A DNA stretch of 64,000 nucleotides, from assembly GCA_020348445.1 (NCBI GenBank), contig CP070751.1:2444892-2508891 (forward strand), given 5' to 3'. Shown piece after piece: positions 19,998 through 28,301 of this stretch; the first letter of the stretch is position 1; the number at the start of each line of letters is the position of its first letter. The notes beneath the pieces are model-generated. The model saw only the letters and a program-made list of their open reading frames with translations. It did not search any database and was not told where the DNA came from. This DNA comes from Thermoplasmata archaeon (GTDB taxonomy: Archaea; Thermoplasmatota; Thermoplasmata; GCA-020350865). The position numbers were made by a program, and so were the translations under genes.

Positions 19998-22226
19998 ATG
20001 AGCATGAAAATCCACATTGGTAAGTATACGATTTTCATAGTATTTTTAATAATCTTGTCAACATCATCACAGGTAAGCTCCGAATCCTGGCCCATGTTCT
20101 TTTCCGATCCACAGCATTCAGGTAACAGTATAACGATCGCACCCAACACATCCGCCACATTATGGTCGGTTCCGTCAATTGGAGGAAACGGTTATTCATC
20201 TCCAGTTGTTGCCAACGGCAAGATGTTTGTAAATAAAGGCGGGGGAGGAATACTGTACTGTCTTTACGAGCTGAATGGAACCGAAATTTGGAACGTGTCA
20301 ATTGGATTTGCCGGTGAGTCATGCTCAACTCCTGCATATGCAGATGGTCTGGTTTATATTATAGGTGACAAACTGTACTGTTTCTATGAGAACAACGGCA
20401 CAGAACTTTGGAGCAACTCACTTTCAGGCGGCGGGATTGGCACTTCATCACCAACTGTATCGGACGGCAGAGTGTTAGTAAACACACAGATTCTCTACTG
20501 TTTCTATGCCTCAAACGGTACTGAAATCTGGAATAATTTTGTGGGAGGAGATTGGGAGCCTTCAACTCCCGCGGTGGCAAATGATAAGGTGTTTGTGAAT
20601 GGGGACCAGCTGTACTGCTTTTATGCTGAAAACGGCACTGAGATTTGGAATACTACAGGTGATGAATCCACTTCCCCAGTTATTGCCAATGGTAGAGTGT
20701 TTTTGCATCCTTACCAAATCTATTGCCTTTATGAAAACAATGGAACCGAGATTTGGAGTAAACCCATTGGAAGCGACTCTTATTCCACTCCAGCCGTGTT
20801 TCAAGGCAATATTTTTCTGAATAATAATGGTGATATATACTGTTTGTACCAGAATAACGGAACCCAGATCTGGCAGGCGACAATCGAGGGTGCAGGATGC
20901 TCCACACCTGCAGTTGATGCCCAAGGAAAAATATACTTGACCGGCGGAAGTTACACATATTGTTTAAATGGGACCAATGGTGAAGAGATTTGGAAAAAAT
21001 CCACAGGTGGTGAGGGATATTCTTCGCCTGCCATTTCAAATGAAAGGGTATTTGTGAACCAAGGTACAGTTTACTGCCTCGGCGGTCCGCCGCCAACAAT
21101 CGACTACATTGGACTGCTGGATGATAACGATAACATATTGACATCCATTACTCTGGATATCGGTGAATGGATTCTCTGCTATGCTGTGGCATACAACAAG
21201 ACAGAAGGTCTTCTTTATGATGTCGATGTATCGTGGTCTTTGGATGACGATATCGCCACCGCAAATCCCGCACAGGGAAATTTCACGAACATAACTGCTG
21301 TCATCAACGGCACATGTAACCTTTTTATGATTTATAATATTTCTATTTCGAACTCTACCCCAGTTACTGTTAGACCACCCATGTCCACTCCCAAGGGCCT
21401 TGTTGTTACAGCTTTGCCCTCAGGAAATGCACTCAATATCACCTGGAGCGCAAATCCTGAGGAATACCTTGCAGGCTACGACATATACCGCTCGCAAACC
21501 CTGGACGGTGTGTATTCAAAGATAAACACTGAACTTATACTCACCGAGTATTATGTTGATGATTCATTGACAACTGGAGTAAGATATTATTATTGTGTTA
21601 TTGCAGTAAACGACCATCAAAAGGAATCCAGGTCATCTGATAAGGTAAGCGGAATTCCTGATTTTGATTCTGATTCAGACGGATTACTAAACTATGAAGA
21701 TGATGACGATGACAATGATAATTACCCTGATACAGAGGACGCCTTTCCTTTAAATCCTCTTGAATGGCTGGACACTGACAGCGATACCATTGGCAACAAT
21801 GCAGACGATGATGATGACGGTGATGGACTGCTCGATACTGAGGAGGATAAAAACGGAAATGGAGTGGTTGATCCTGGTGAAACAGACCCTCTTGATGCTG
21901 ATTCCGACGACGATGGACATGATGATTCTGAAGATTATTACCCACTAGACAAGAGTAAATGGAAAAAACAAGAGGAAGAGGAATTCCCAATGTTTCTACT
22001 TTTGATTGTAATAGTTATAATAATTCTATTGGTTATTTTGATGGCTTTCTTAAAAAAGAGGAAGTCTCCCAAAGCTCCCTTTGAACAAAAGGGGGAGGAA
22101 GATCTAATACAATCTGATCTTGACAAGGAACAACCATCTTCTCATGAGGAGGATCTACAACCTCCAAAGGACGAGGAAGACCATCCACATTTCGAGGGTG
22201 AAGAAAAGCCAGAATCTTCAAAATGA
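19998..22226 (+). CDS. Surface protein: PQQ-like propeller, Ig-like, FN3, TSP3-like repeats, TM helix, acidic tail
   Basis: Eight (L/I)YC.Y..NGTEIW-type blades; FN3/TSP3 module homologous to the upstream gene; TM helix FPMFLLLIVIVIIILLVILMAF. Confidence 0.85.
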   Translation: MSMKIHIGKYTIFIVFLIILSTSSQVSSESWPMFFSDPQHSGNSITIAPNTSATLWSVPSIGGNGYSSPVVANGKMFVNKGGGGILYCLYELNGTEIWNVSIGFAGESCSTPAYADGLVYIIGDKLYCFYENNGTELWSNSLSGGGIGTSSPTVSDGRVLVNTQILYCFYASNGTEIWNNFVGGDWEPSTPAVANDKVFVNGDQLYCFYAENGTEIWNTTGDESTSPVIANGRVFLHPYQIYCLYENNGTEIWSKPIGSDSYSTPAVFQGNIFLNNNGDIYCLYQNNGTQIWQATIEGAGCSTPAVDAQGKIYLTGGSYTYCLNGTNGEEIWKKSTGGEGYSSPAISNERVFVNQGTVYCLGGPPPTIDYIGLLDDNDNILTSITLDIGEWILCYAVAYNKTEGLLYDVDVSWSLDDDIATANPAQGNFTNITAVINGTCNLFMIYNISISNSTPVTVRPPMSTPKGLVVTALPSGNALNITWSANPEEYLAGYDIYRSQTLDGVYSKINTELILTEYYVDDSLTTGVRYYYCVIAVNDHQKESRSSDKVSGIPDFDSDSDGLLNYEDDDDDNDNYPDTEDAFPLNPLEWLDTDSDTIGNNADDDDDGDGLLDTEEDKNGNGVVDPGETDPLDADSDDDGHDDSEDYYPLDKSKWKKQEEEEFPMFLLLIVIVIIILLVILMAFLKKRKSPKAPFEQKGEEDLIQSDLDKEQPSSHEEDLQPPKDEEDHPHFEGEEKPESSK

Positions 22227-22325
22227 TAGCCATATAAATATCTTTATTCAAGAATTGTTCTAAAATATTTAAGTAATCCATACTTTATCTTACCATACCA
22301 AGAAAGATAACAGTGAGGGGTCAAC

Positions 22326-25253
22326 ATGAGGCTAGAATTGAACAGAAAAAAGATTGCTCGTGGGCAATTGTCGATTTTAGTGGCATTTCTATTCGTATTC
22401 TCAATCATGGATGCGTTTTCCATGACTGTTTACAATGAATCAGAAAGAAATGTCGCTTTCTTTGATTACGAGCCGCAAGACGACGGTAAACAACCTGATC
22501 CGCATGGTGTAAGATCCGAGGAGCCCATATGGTCGCCATATTCTGGCTCTCTACCCGATGCTCTTAGTTATTACAGCATAGATTTCGGTGATGTGAACAA
22601 CGATGGCAAACTGGATATCGTTGTGGGCGGAGGCCAGAATCCAAGCAGTGATGGTATTCATTGTTGGGTGGGCGATGGATTTGGGGGATGGTCAGAAGAA
22701 TCTTCTGGCTTACCAACATCGCAATGGCGTTCTGATGTTGAGCTGGGTGATTTAAACAACGACGGTAAGCTCGATATCGCCTGCGGTGGACTGATATATA
22801 CGGGCAACGGCGGAGCTGGTGGCCCTATGGTATGGACATCGGAAAATAATCCTTCATACCCCTGGCTTGGCGTGGCCTTGGGTGATGTAAACAACGATGG
22901 AATATTGGATATTGCTGCTGGAACAGACAACTGGGGTATAAAGATCTGGGTGAGCAACGGCAAGGCAGGAGGCTCCTTTATATGGACCAATTCTTCTGGC
23001 GGTCTTCCTACATCTGGGCAGTATTATGGAACATATCTTGGTGATGTGAACAACGACGGAAATCTCGATCTCGCCGCCGCAACTAACGAACAAGAAGGAA
23101 TTAGGGTATGGACAGGCAATGGAGAATCCGGCTCCTCAGCACTTTGGACCGATGTATCAACATCAACTGGCCTGCCCACTACAGGGGATTATTCTCAGGT
23201 TTGCTTTGGAGATGCGAACAACGATGGAAAACTGGATGTCGCCGGCTCAAAACGATCTGGGGGTGTTAAGTTCTACAAGGGCAACGGTGGCGAAGGTGGA
23301 TTTTCATGGGTTGAAGAATCAAATGGTCTTGCAACAACTAATTGGTATTATGGTCTTGCCTTTGGCGATGTAAACAACGATGGGAACCTAGACCTCGTGG
23401 GAGCCAACTATACTGGAAGAGGTTTAGAAGTCTGGCTGGGAGATGGAGGTTCAGGAGGTTCTGTGGATTGGAGCCCTGCAAGGGAAGGATTACTTGACAT
23501 CTCAAATGCCCTGGATTTATGCCTAGGAGATGTGAACAACGACGGACGGCTCGATATCGGGGTCACATCAGAGATGATGGGAATCCAGGTTTGGGCGGGC
23601 AATTTACCGGATTTGGCGATTACTGGTTGGACCTCAGTCTCTTCTGGGCTTCCAACAAGTTCCGGCTATTATGACGTGATTTTCGGCGATATAAATCATG
23701 ACGGTAAATTGGACCTCGCCGGAGCAGGTAAAGACAATCAAGGTATAGGAGTATGGCTGGGAGATGGAACAGGTAATTGGGCTGAAGTATCTGATTTTGA
23801 TCTTCCCTCAAATGGAGACTATTGTGGGGTGAGATTGAAGGATGTGAATCATGATGGTAATTTGGATTTAATTGCCTCAAGCGATGATCAACTCGGTGTT
23901 CTGATATGGCCTGGTGATGGGACAGGTGGTTTTGGTGCAGGCTCAGGGCCAACTGATCCGGCAAGCCCCCCTAATATGGCGGGAGTGGAGGTTGCCGATA
24001 TCAATTGCGACGGCAATGTGGATATCGCTACCTGTTATTATGAGCCTCCTCAATCTGGAGATAAGGTATATGCCTGGCTTGGTGATGGAAGTGGTGGATG
24101 GGGATCTGATATTGGTCCTCCAGTAGAGCTAGGTTTTGATGATGTGGCTCTCGGGGATGTGGATCATGATGGGAAAATAGATCTATTAGCAACAGCCCAT
24201 ATGCAGGGATACAGGTTCTGGTTGGGAGATGGTACTGGGGGATGGAGTTTGCAACCTCAAAATGGTCTACCCTCATCCAGTGGGATTGGAGGCCTGGGAG
24301 TCTGCTTTGGTGATGTGAACCATGATGGAGATTTAGACATTGCTGTGGGTTCATGGGCGGGCTCTTACGGTGTGCGGGTTTATACCAGTGATGGTGGAGA
24401 TGGTGGAGCTGTGGATTGGGTAAATGACTCTGTGGGCCTGCCAACGGTGGGAACCTACGGAGGGGTGGAGTTTGGAGATATAAACAATGACGGTAACCTT
24501 GACATTCTTTCCGCAAATGCGGGAGGAGGACAAAGTAATGGCATCAGCCTGGCTTTAGGAAATGGAGGTGAAGGCGGATCAATGGTATGGACTGACTCCA
24601 GCCTTCCAGATCTTCCTTTGTCTGGTAATTATTGGGGCGTTGCTTTGGGAGATATCAACAACGATGGTATTCTTGACATAGCCATATCCTCAGCAAATAC
24701 TGGTATTAGGGTGTATATCACTCAAACCCAGCCAACCTATCAAATCAACCTTCTAGAGGGTTGGAACCTCATATCCCTGCCTTTAATCCAGTCAGATCCT
24801 ACCGTGTATAACGTCCTTGGATCCATTTCTGGAGAATACAAGGCAGTGCAATGCTACGATACAGATGATGCAAACGATCCCTGGAAACACTATAATCCCG
24901 ATAAACCCTCACAACTCAACGATTTGACAGATTTGGACCATACCATGGGGATCTGGATATATATCACTGAACCTGGCGGAACCACGCTAACAGTATATGG
25001 AGGTCAATTTAGTGGTGGACAATCAATTACAATACGCCCGGGTTGGAATCTTGCTGGATTTCCCTCACAAACAGACAAACTTCGAGATGTCGCTCTAAAT
25101 AATACTGTATCCGATATCGATTATGTCGGGTATTTTGATGCGTCAACAGATAGATTTGTGATATTAACTGACAGCGATTACATGGAAGTAGGTAGAGGCT
25201 ACTATATTCATTCGACAAATCCCTCTGATATCGTATGGAATGTTCCCCTTTAG
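22326..25253 (+). CDS. Secreted FG-GAP repeat protein (probably two propellers) with the two-repeat C-terminal domain (165-aa class)
   Basis: More than a dozen GD(V/I)N(N/H)DG.LD(I/L) repeats; C-terminal domain from 24756; no C-terminal TM helix. Confidence 0.88.
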   Translation: MRLELNRKKIARGQLSILVAFLFVFSIMDAFSMTVYNESERNVAFFDYEPQDDGKQPDPHGVRSEEPIWSPYSGSLPDALSYYSIDFGDVNNDGKLDIVVGGGQNPSSDGIHCWVGDGFGGWSEESSGLPTSQWRSDVELGDLNNDGKLDIACGGLIYTGNGGAGGPMVWTSENNPSYPWLGVALGDVNNDGILDIAAGTDNWGIKIWVSNGKAGGSFIWTNSSGGLPTSGQYYGTYLGDVNNDGNLDLAAATNEQEGIRVWTGNGESGSSALWTDVSTSTGLPTTGDYSQVCFGDANNDGKLDVAGSKRSGGVKFYKGNGGEGGFSWVEESNGLATTNWYYGLAFGDVNNDGNLDLVGANYTGRGLEVWLGDGGSGGSVDWSPAREGLLDISNALDLCLGDVNNDGRLDIGVTSEMMGIQVWAGNLPDLAITGWTSVSSGLPTSSGYYDVIFGDINHDGKLDLAGAGKDNQGIGVWLGDGTGNWAEVSDFDLPSNGDYCGVRLKDVNHDGNLDLIASSDDQLGVLIWPGDGTGGFGAGSGPTDPASPPNMAGVEVADINCDGNVDIATCYYEPPQSGDKVYAWLGDGSGGWGSDIGPPVELGFDDVALGDVDHDGKIDLLATAHMQGYRFWLGDGTGGWSLQPQNGLPSSSGIGGLGVCFGDVNHDGDLDIAVGSWAGSYGVRVYTSDGGDGGAVDWVNDSVGLPTVGTYGGVEFGDINNDGNLDILSANAGGGQSNGISLALGNGGEGGSMVWTDSSLPDLPLSGNYWGVALGDINNDGILDIAISSANTGIRVYITQTQPTYQINLLEGWNLISLPLIQSDPTVYNVLGSISGEYKAVQCYDTDDANDPWKHYNPDKPSQLNDLTDLDHTMGIWIYITEPGGTTLTVYGGQFSGGQSITIRPGWNLAGFPSQTDKLRDVALNNTVSDIDYVGYFDASTDRFVILTDSDYMEVGRGYYIHSTNPSDIVWNVPL

Positions 25254-25329
25254 TTCTACGAATCCAAGCATAAATGCTCCTTTTCATATTATTGAAATAT
25301 TAGAACAAGATAATGGGAAGATAGGAGGG

Positions 25330-25809
25330 TTACCCCTTTCTTTTCTTAAAACCTGCCATCCTGGGACAGCTGTCTTTCAAATTGCAATCCTCGCATCCAT
25401 ATTTTTTTGTAATGACAGGTAGCATAATGAATCCCATTATTATGAAGATGGAAAATAGGACAAGAAGTGTGATAGAGAATTCATAGTAGAGAAGGTATAT
25501 CCCAGCTAAAACGGGGAGGATCCATGATGGAAAGACAATACCAATATGCCTTCTGAACGTATCATTGAATTTCTTTGAATCTCTCTCTTTAAAAAGCTTG
25601 GCTGCTACCCTAGCATATCCACTTGGACATTTTGGATTATCAAAATGAGGGCAATGGGCGCAAATGAATCTCATGAACCAAAGGGTGCTGAAAATGCAAT
25701 ACAGGACATAGACCAAAAAAAACAACCAACCCAAAAATAACATGATAACGGCCCCGAGCGCATATGTGGAAAATGTGGGTAAGTTATGCAATACCTTATT
25801 TGCTCCCAT
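25330..25809 (-). CDS. Uncharacterised membrane protein with two Cys clusters
   Basis: About four TM helices; CAHCPHFDNPKC and CEDCNLKDSC motifs; GGAGG RBS upstream. Confidence 0.75.
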   Translation of the reverse strand: MGANKVLHNLPTFSTYALGAVIMLFLGWLFFLVYVLYCIFSTLWFMRFICAHCPHFDNPKCPSGYARVAAKLFKERDSKKFNDTFRRHIGIVFPSWILPVLAGIYLLYYEFSITLLVLFSIFIIMGFIMLPVITKKYGCEDCNLKDSCPRMAGFKKRKG

Positions 25810-25902
25810 GAATTTCTTTCCTCCATTTTACTATCTTGGGCAATTTGTTGTTACATTTCTCCAATATACGCATATTTCAATTAAACGAAATACAATATGA
25901 AA

Positions 25903-26742
25903 TTATATCTTATCTTTAGAATCTAACCCAGGAATCCCACATGCATCTGCCCTACACTGTTTACATGCTCTGAATATGGGAATTATGCTCTCGCATGCCT
26001 CTCGGGAAGCGATAAGCTCATCACAGGTTGGAGCCCTAAGATGTTTGAATTCTCCTAAAGGAATCAAGGGCATAATATTCATTATAAAGACACCCCGTTT
26101 TTGAATTTCATAGGCGATATCCTTTACATGTTCCAGATTTATTTCAGGAATAAGCACGGTGTTGACCTTGGTCAAGAATCCCAATTCAGAGGCAATTTCC
26201 AGGCCTTCAAGCTGCTTTGATACAAGAACCTCAGCCCCTTCAATGCCACTTAGTATGTTACCCTCCACTATAGAATATGAAGAGATTTTCGAGGCGACTT
26301 CTGGATCAACTGCATTTATTGTTAGTGTAAGGGATTTCACATTAAGTTCTTTTAAGATCCTGGCTTTCTCGGGTAAAAGAAGACCGTTTGTACAAACGCA
26401 TAATTTTAAGTCCGGGAAATTCTCCCCAACTAGCCTCAGGGTCTCTAATGTCTCTTGATTGTAAAGAGGTTCACCAGGACCTGAGATACCCACAACTGCC
26501 ATAGAAGGATTCTTTTCCATTGCCTTCTCTACAGCCAAAATTGCTTCTTCTGGCTTTATCAATTCATAAGCCAATCCAGGGCGCGAACTATGATAATAAG
26601 GTGAGACCTTCCTGTCACAATATTTACAGGCTATGTTGCATTTTGGTGCTACGGGAAGGTGGATTCTCCCAATCTTGTGATGCGCCTGTGTACTGTAACA
26701 CGGATGTGATTGAGAAAGCTCTATTATATCACCATTTAACAA
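25903..26742 (-). CDS. nifB: Stand-alone NifB-like radical SAM protein (no NifX domain)
   Basis: HPC, RIHLPVAPKCNIACKYC, TLTIN and CKQCRADACG motifs match NifB. ExRP reads SSRP and AGPG reads SGPG. Confidence 0.65.
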   Translation of the reverse strand: MLNGDIIELSQSHPCYSTQAHHKIGRIHLPVAPKCNIACKYCDRKVSPYYHSSRPGLAYELIKPEEAILAVEKAMEKNPSMAVVGISGPGEPLYNQETLETLRLVGENFPDLKLCVCTNGLLLPEKARILKELNVKSLTLTINAVDPEVASKISSYSIVEGNILSGIEGAEVLVSKQLEGLEIASELGFLTKVNTVLIPEINLEHVKDIAYEIQKRGVFIMNIMPLIPLGEFKHLRAPTCDELIASREACESIIPIFRACKQCRADACGIPGLDSKDKI

Positions 26743-26826
26743 GCATATTTCTCCTTAAGTCTGCCCGTTCAATACATGATTTTATTTATAAAATTTGGCT
26801 TTTAAATATCTTCTTTATCTTCTTTT

Positions 26827-28242
26827 TCAGCCCTCTTTTCTTTTTTTCATAGCCCTATTTTTTAATTCTATTGAGATCATTATCAATACCAATGATAAGA
26901 CTGCAATCCAAATAACAGTAATTATGATCCTGTCCCTTACAACCCAGCATTTACTTGATCGATTACCATCCCCTGAGGTTGTATCATTCCCGTTGTCTGG
27001 TGGGGGTTCACTTTCACCATCTTCGCCATCTTCGCCATCTTCACCATCCTCTCCATCTCCACCATCTCCATCATTTCCTCCATTTCCTCCGTTTCCGTTG
27101 TCAGGTTCGGGAGGTTTTGAGGAATTAAAGGCATAAATTGTTTTTAATGAATTGCCAACAAAAATATATCCCTCTGATATGGCCGCAGACGACAGTATTT
27201 CACCCCCAGTGATATAAGACCATATCAAATCGCCGTTTGTCGCATTCAGTGCATAAAAAATTCCTTGGGATTCACCTATAAAGATTATTTCATCAGCAAT
27301 TGAGGGCGAAGCATCTACAACATCATTTGTTTCAAACTCCCATTTCAGTTGCCCTGTTTCTGCATCAAGAGCCCTAACCTTGTTATCCCTTGCTCCAAAG
27401 AACACCTTACCATACGCAATTGTGGCTGTGGAGACTGTTTCTGCCCCAAGTGTGAAATTCCAAATCTCCCTACCTGTATATAGGTCGAGACAGTACATCT
27501 TTTGAGCATAATTGCCAAAGTAAACCTTATTCTCAAAAATGGACGGGGAAGCCACTATGAAGCCCTTTGTTTCAAACTCCCAAATGACTTCAGCTGTGTG
27601 TATGTTGTAACTCCGAAGAATATTATCACATCCCCCTACTAGGACCATGTCATCAGATACAGCTGCAGAACCTAAAATGTAAGATCCTGCAGTTGAATTC
27701 CATTCCTTTTCGCCGGATGATGCATTTAATGCATATAACATACCGTCATGGGAACCTATGAAAACCTTGGCATTCCCAAAGGTGGGAGAGCCTTCGATAT
27801 CTCCATTAGTTGAAAAGTTCCAGAGTTCAGATCCTGTGTTCGCGTCCAATGCATATAATCTTCCATTAGTGGATCCAATATATAGGATTTCATCAACTAC
27901 CAAAGGGGAGGATTTTACAGTTCCTGTGATTTGGTGTTTCCATGATAAATTACCAGTTTTCATCTCTAATGCATATACCCATCCATCATCAGAGCCAACA
28001 TAGACTGTCCCGTTTACTACCACAGGTGAGGATTTCACAGCCCCAGTTGTGTTGTATGTCCAAAATAACTCGGTTTCATTTCTCAATAAACTGGATGTAT
28101 AACCTGTATTCTGTGAATCATAACAGAATTGTGGCCAATCATCCTGTCCAACTGTGTTATAAACTGTAAAACTCATGGTTGAAAAGGACATGAGAATGAT
28201 AATCGTGGATAATACATTAAATGTCCGCACTCCGCTTTTCAT
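26827..28242 (-). CDS. Secreted PQQ-like beta-propeller with Gly/Asp linker and C-terminal TM anchor
   Basis: DDWPQFCYD start, SSP.V blades and TM helix. ATG 28242 lies about 26 nt downstream of a TTTTATAA box, suggesting a leaderless start (the ORF track starts at 28266). Confidence 0.85.
   Translation of the reverse strand: MKSGVRTFNVLSTIIILMSFSTMSFTVYNTVGQDDWPQFCYDSQNTGYTSSLLRNETELFWTYNTTGAVKSSPVVVNGTVYVGSDDGWVYALEMKTGNLSWKHQITGTVKSSPLVVDEILYIGSTNGRLYALDANTGSELWNFSTNGDIEGSPTFGNAKVFIGSHDGMLYALNASSGEKEWNSTAGSYILGSAAVSDDMVLVGGCDNILRSYNIHTAEVIWEFETKGFIVASPSIFENKVYFGNYAQKMYCLDLYTGREIWNFTLGAETVSTATIAYGKVFFGARDNKVRALDAETGQLKWEFETNDVVDASPSIADEIIFIGESQGIFYALNATNGDLIWSYITGGEILSSAAISEGYIFVGNSLKTIYAFNSSKPPEPDNGNGGNGGNDGDGGDGEDGEDGEDGEDGESEPPPDNGNDTTSGDGNRSSKCWVVRDRIIITVIWIAVLSLVLIMISIELKNRAMKKRKEG
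27013..27101. repeat. Degenerate 9-bp tandem repeat encoding the GNG/DG(E/D) linker
   Basis: TTCACCATC/TTCGCCATC-type units encode DGEDGEDGEDGE on the minus strand. Confidence 0.8.
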
Positions 28243-28301
28243 CGATACTATAGATAGAAATAACAATTATAAAACCCTTTCTGGTTTTTTCAATGATATT
28301 C

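Noticed and set aside
25903-26742. Evidence of nitrogen fixation
   Set aside because: A lone nifB-like gene is insufficient; no nitrogenase structural genes are in the window.
27013-27101. CRISPR array or phase-variable repeat
   Set aside because: It is an in-frame 9-bp coding repeat without spacers.
633-28242. PQQ-dependent dehydrogenases or outer-membrane assembly factor BamB
   Set aside because: Only the generic propeller repeat is visible. I saw no catalytic quinoprotein motifs or pqq genes, and the host appears archaeal.
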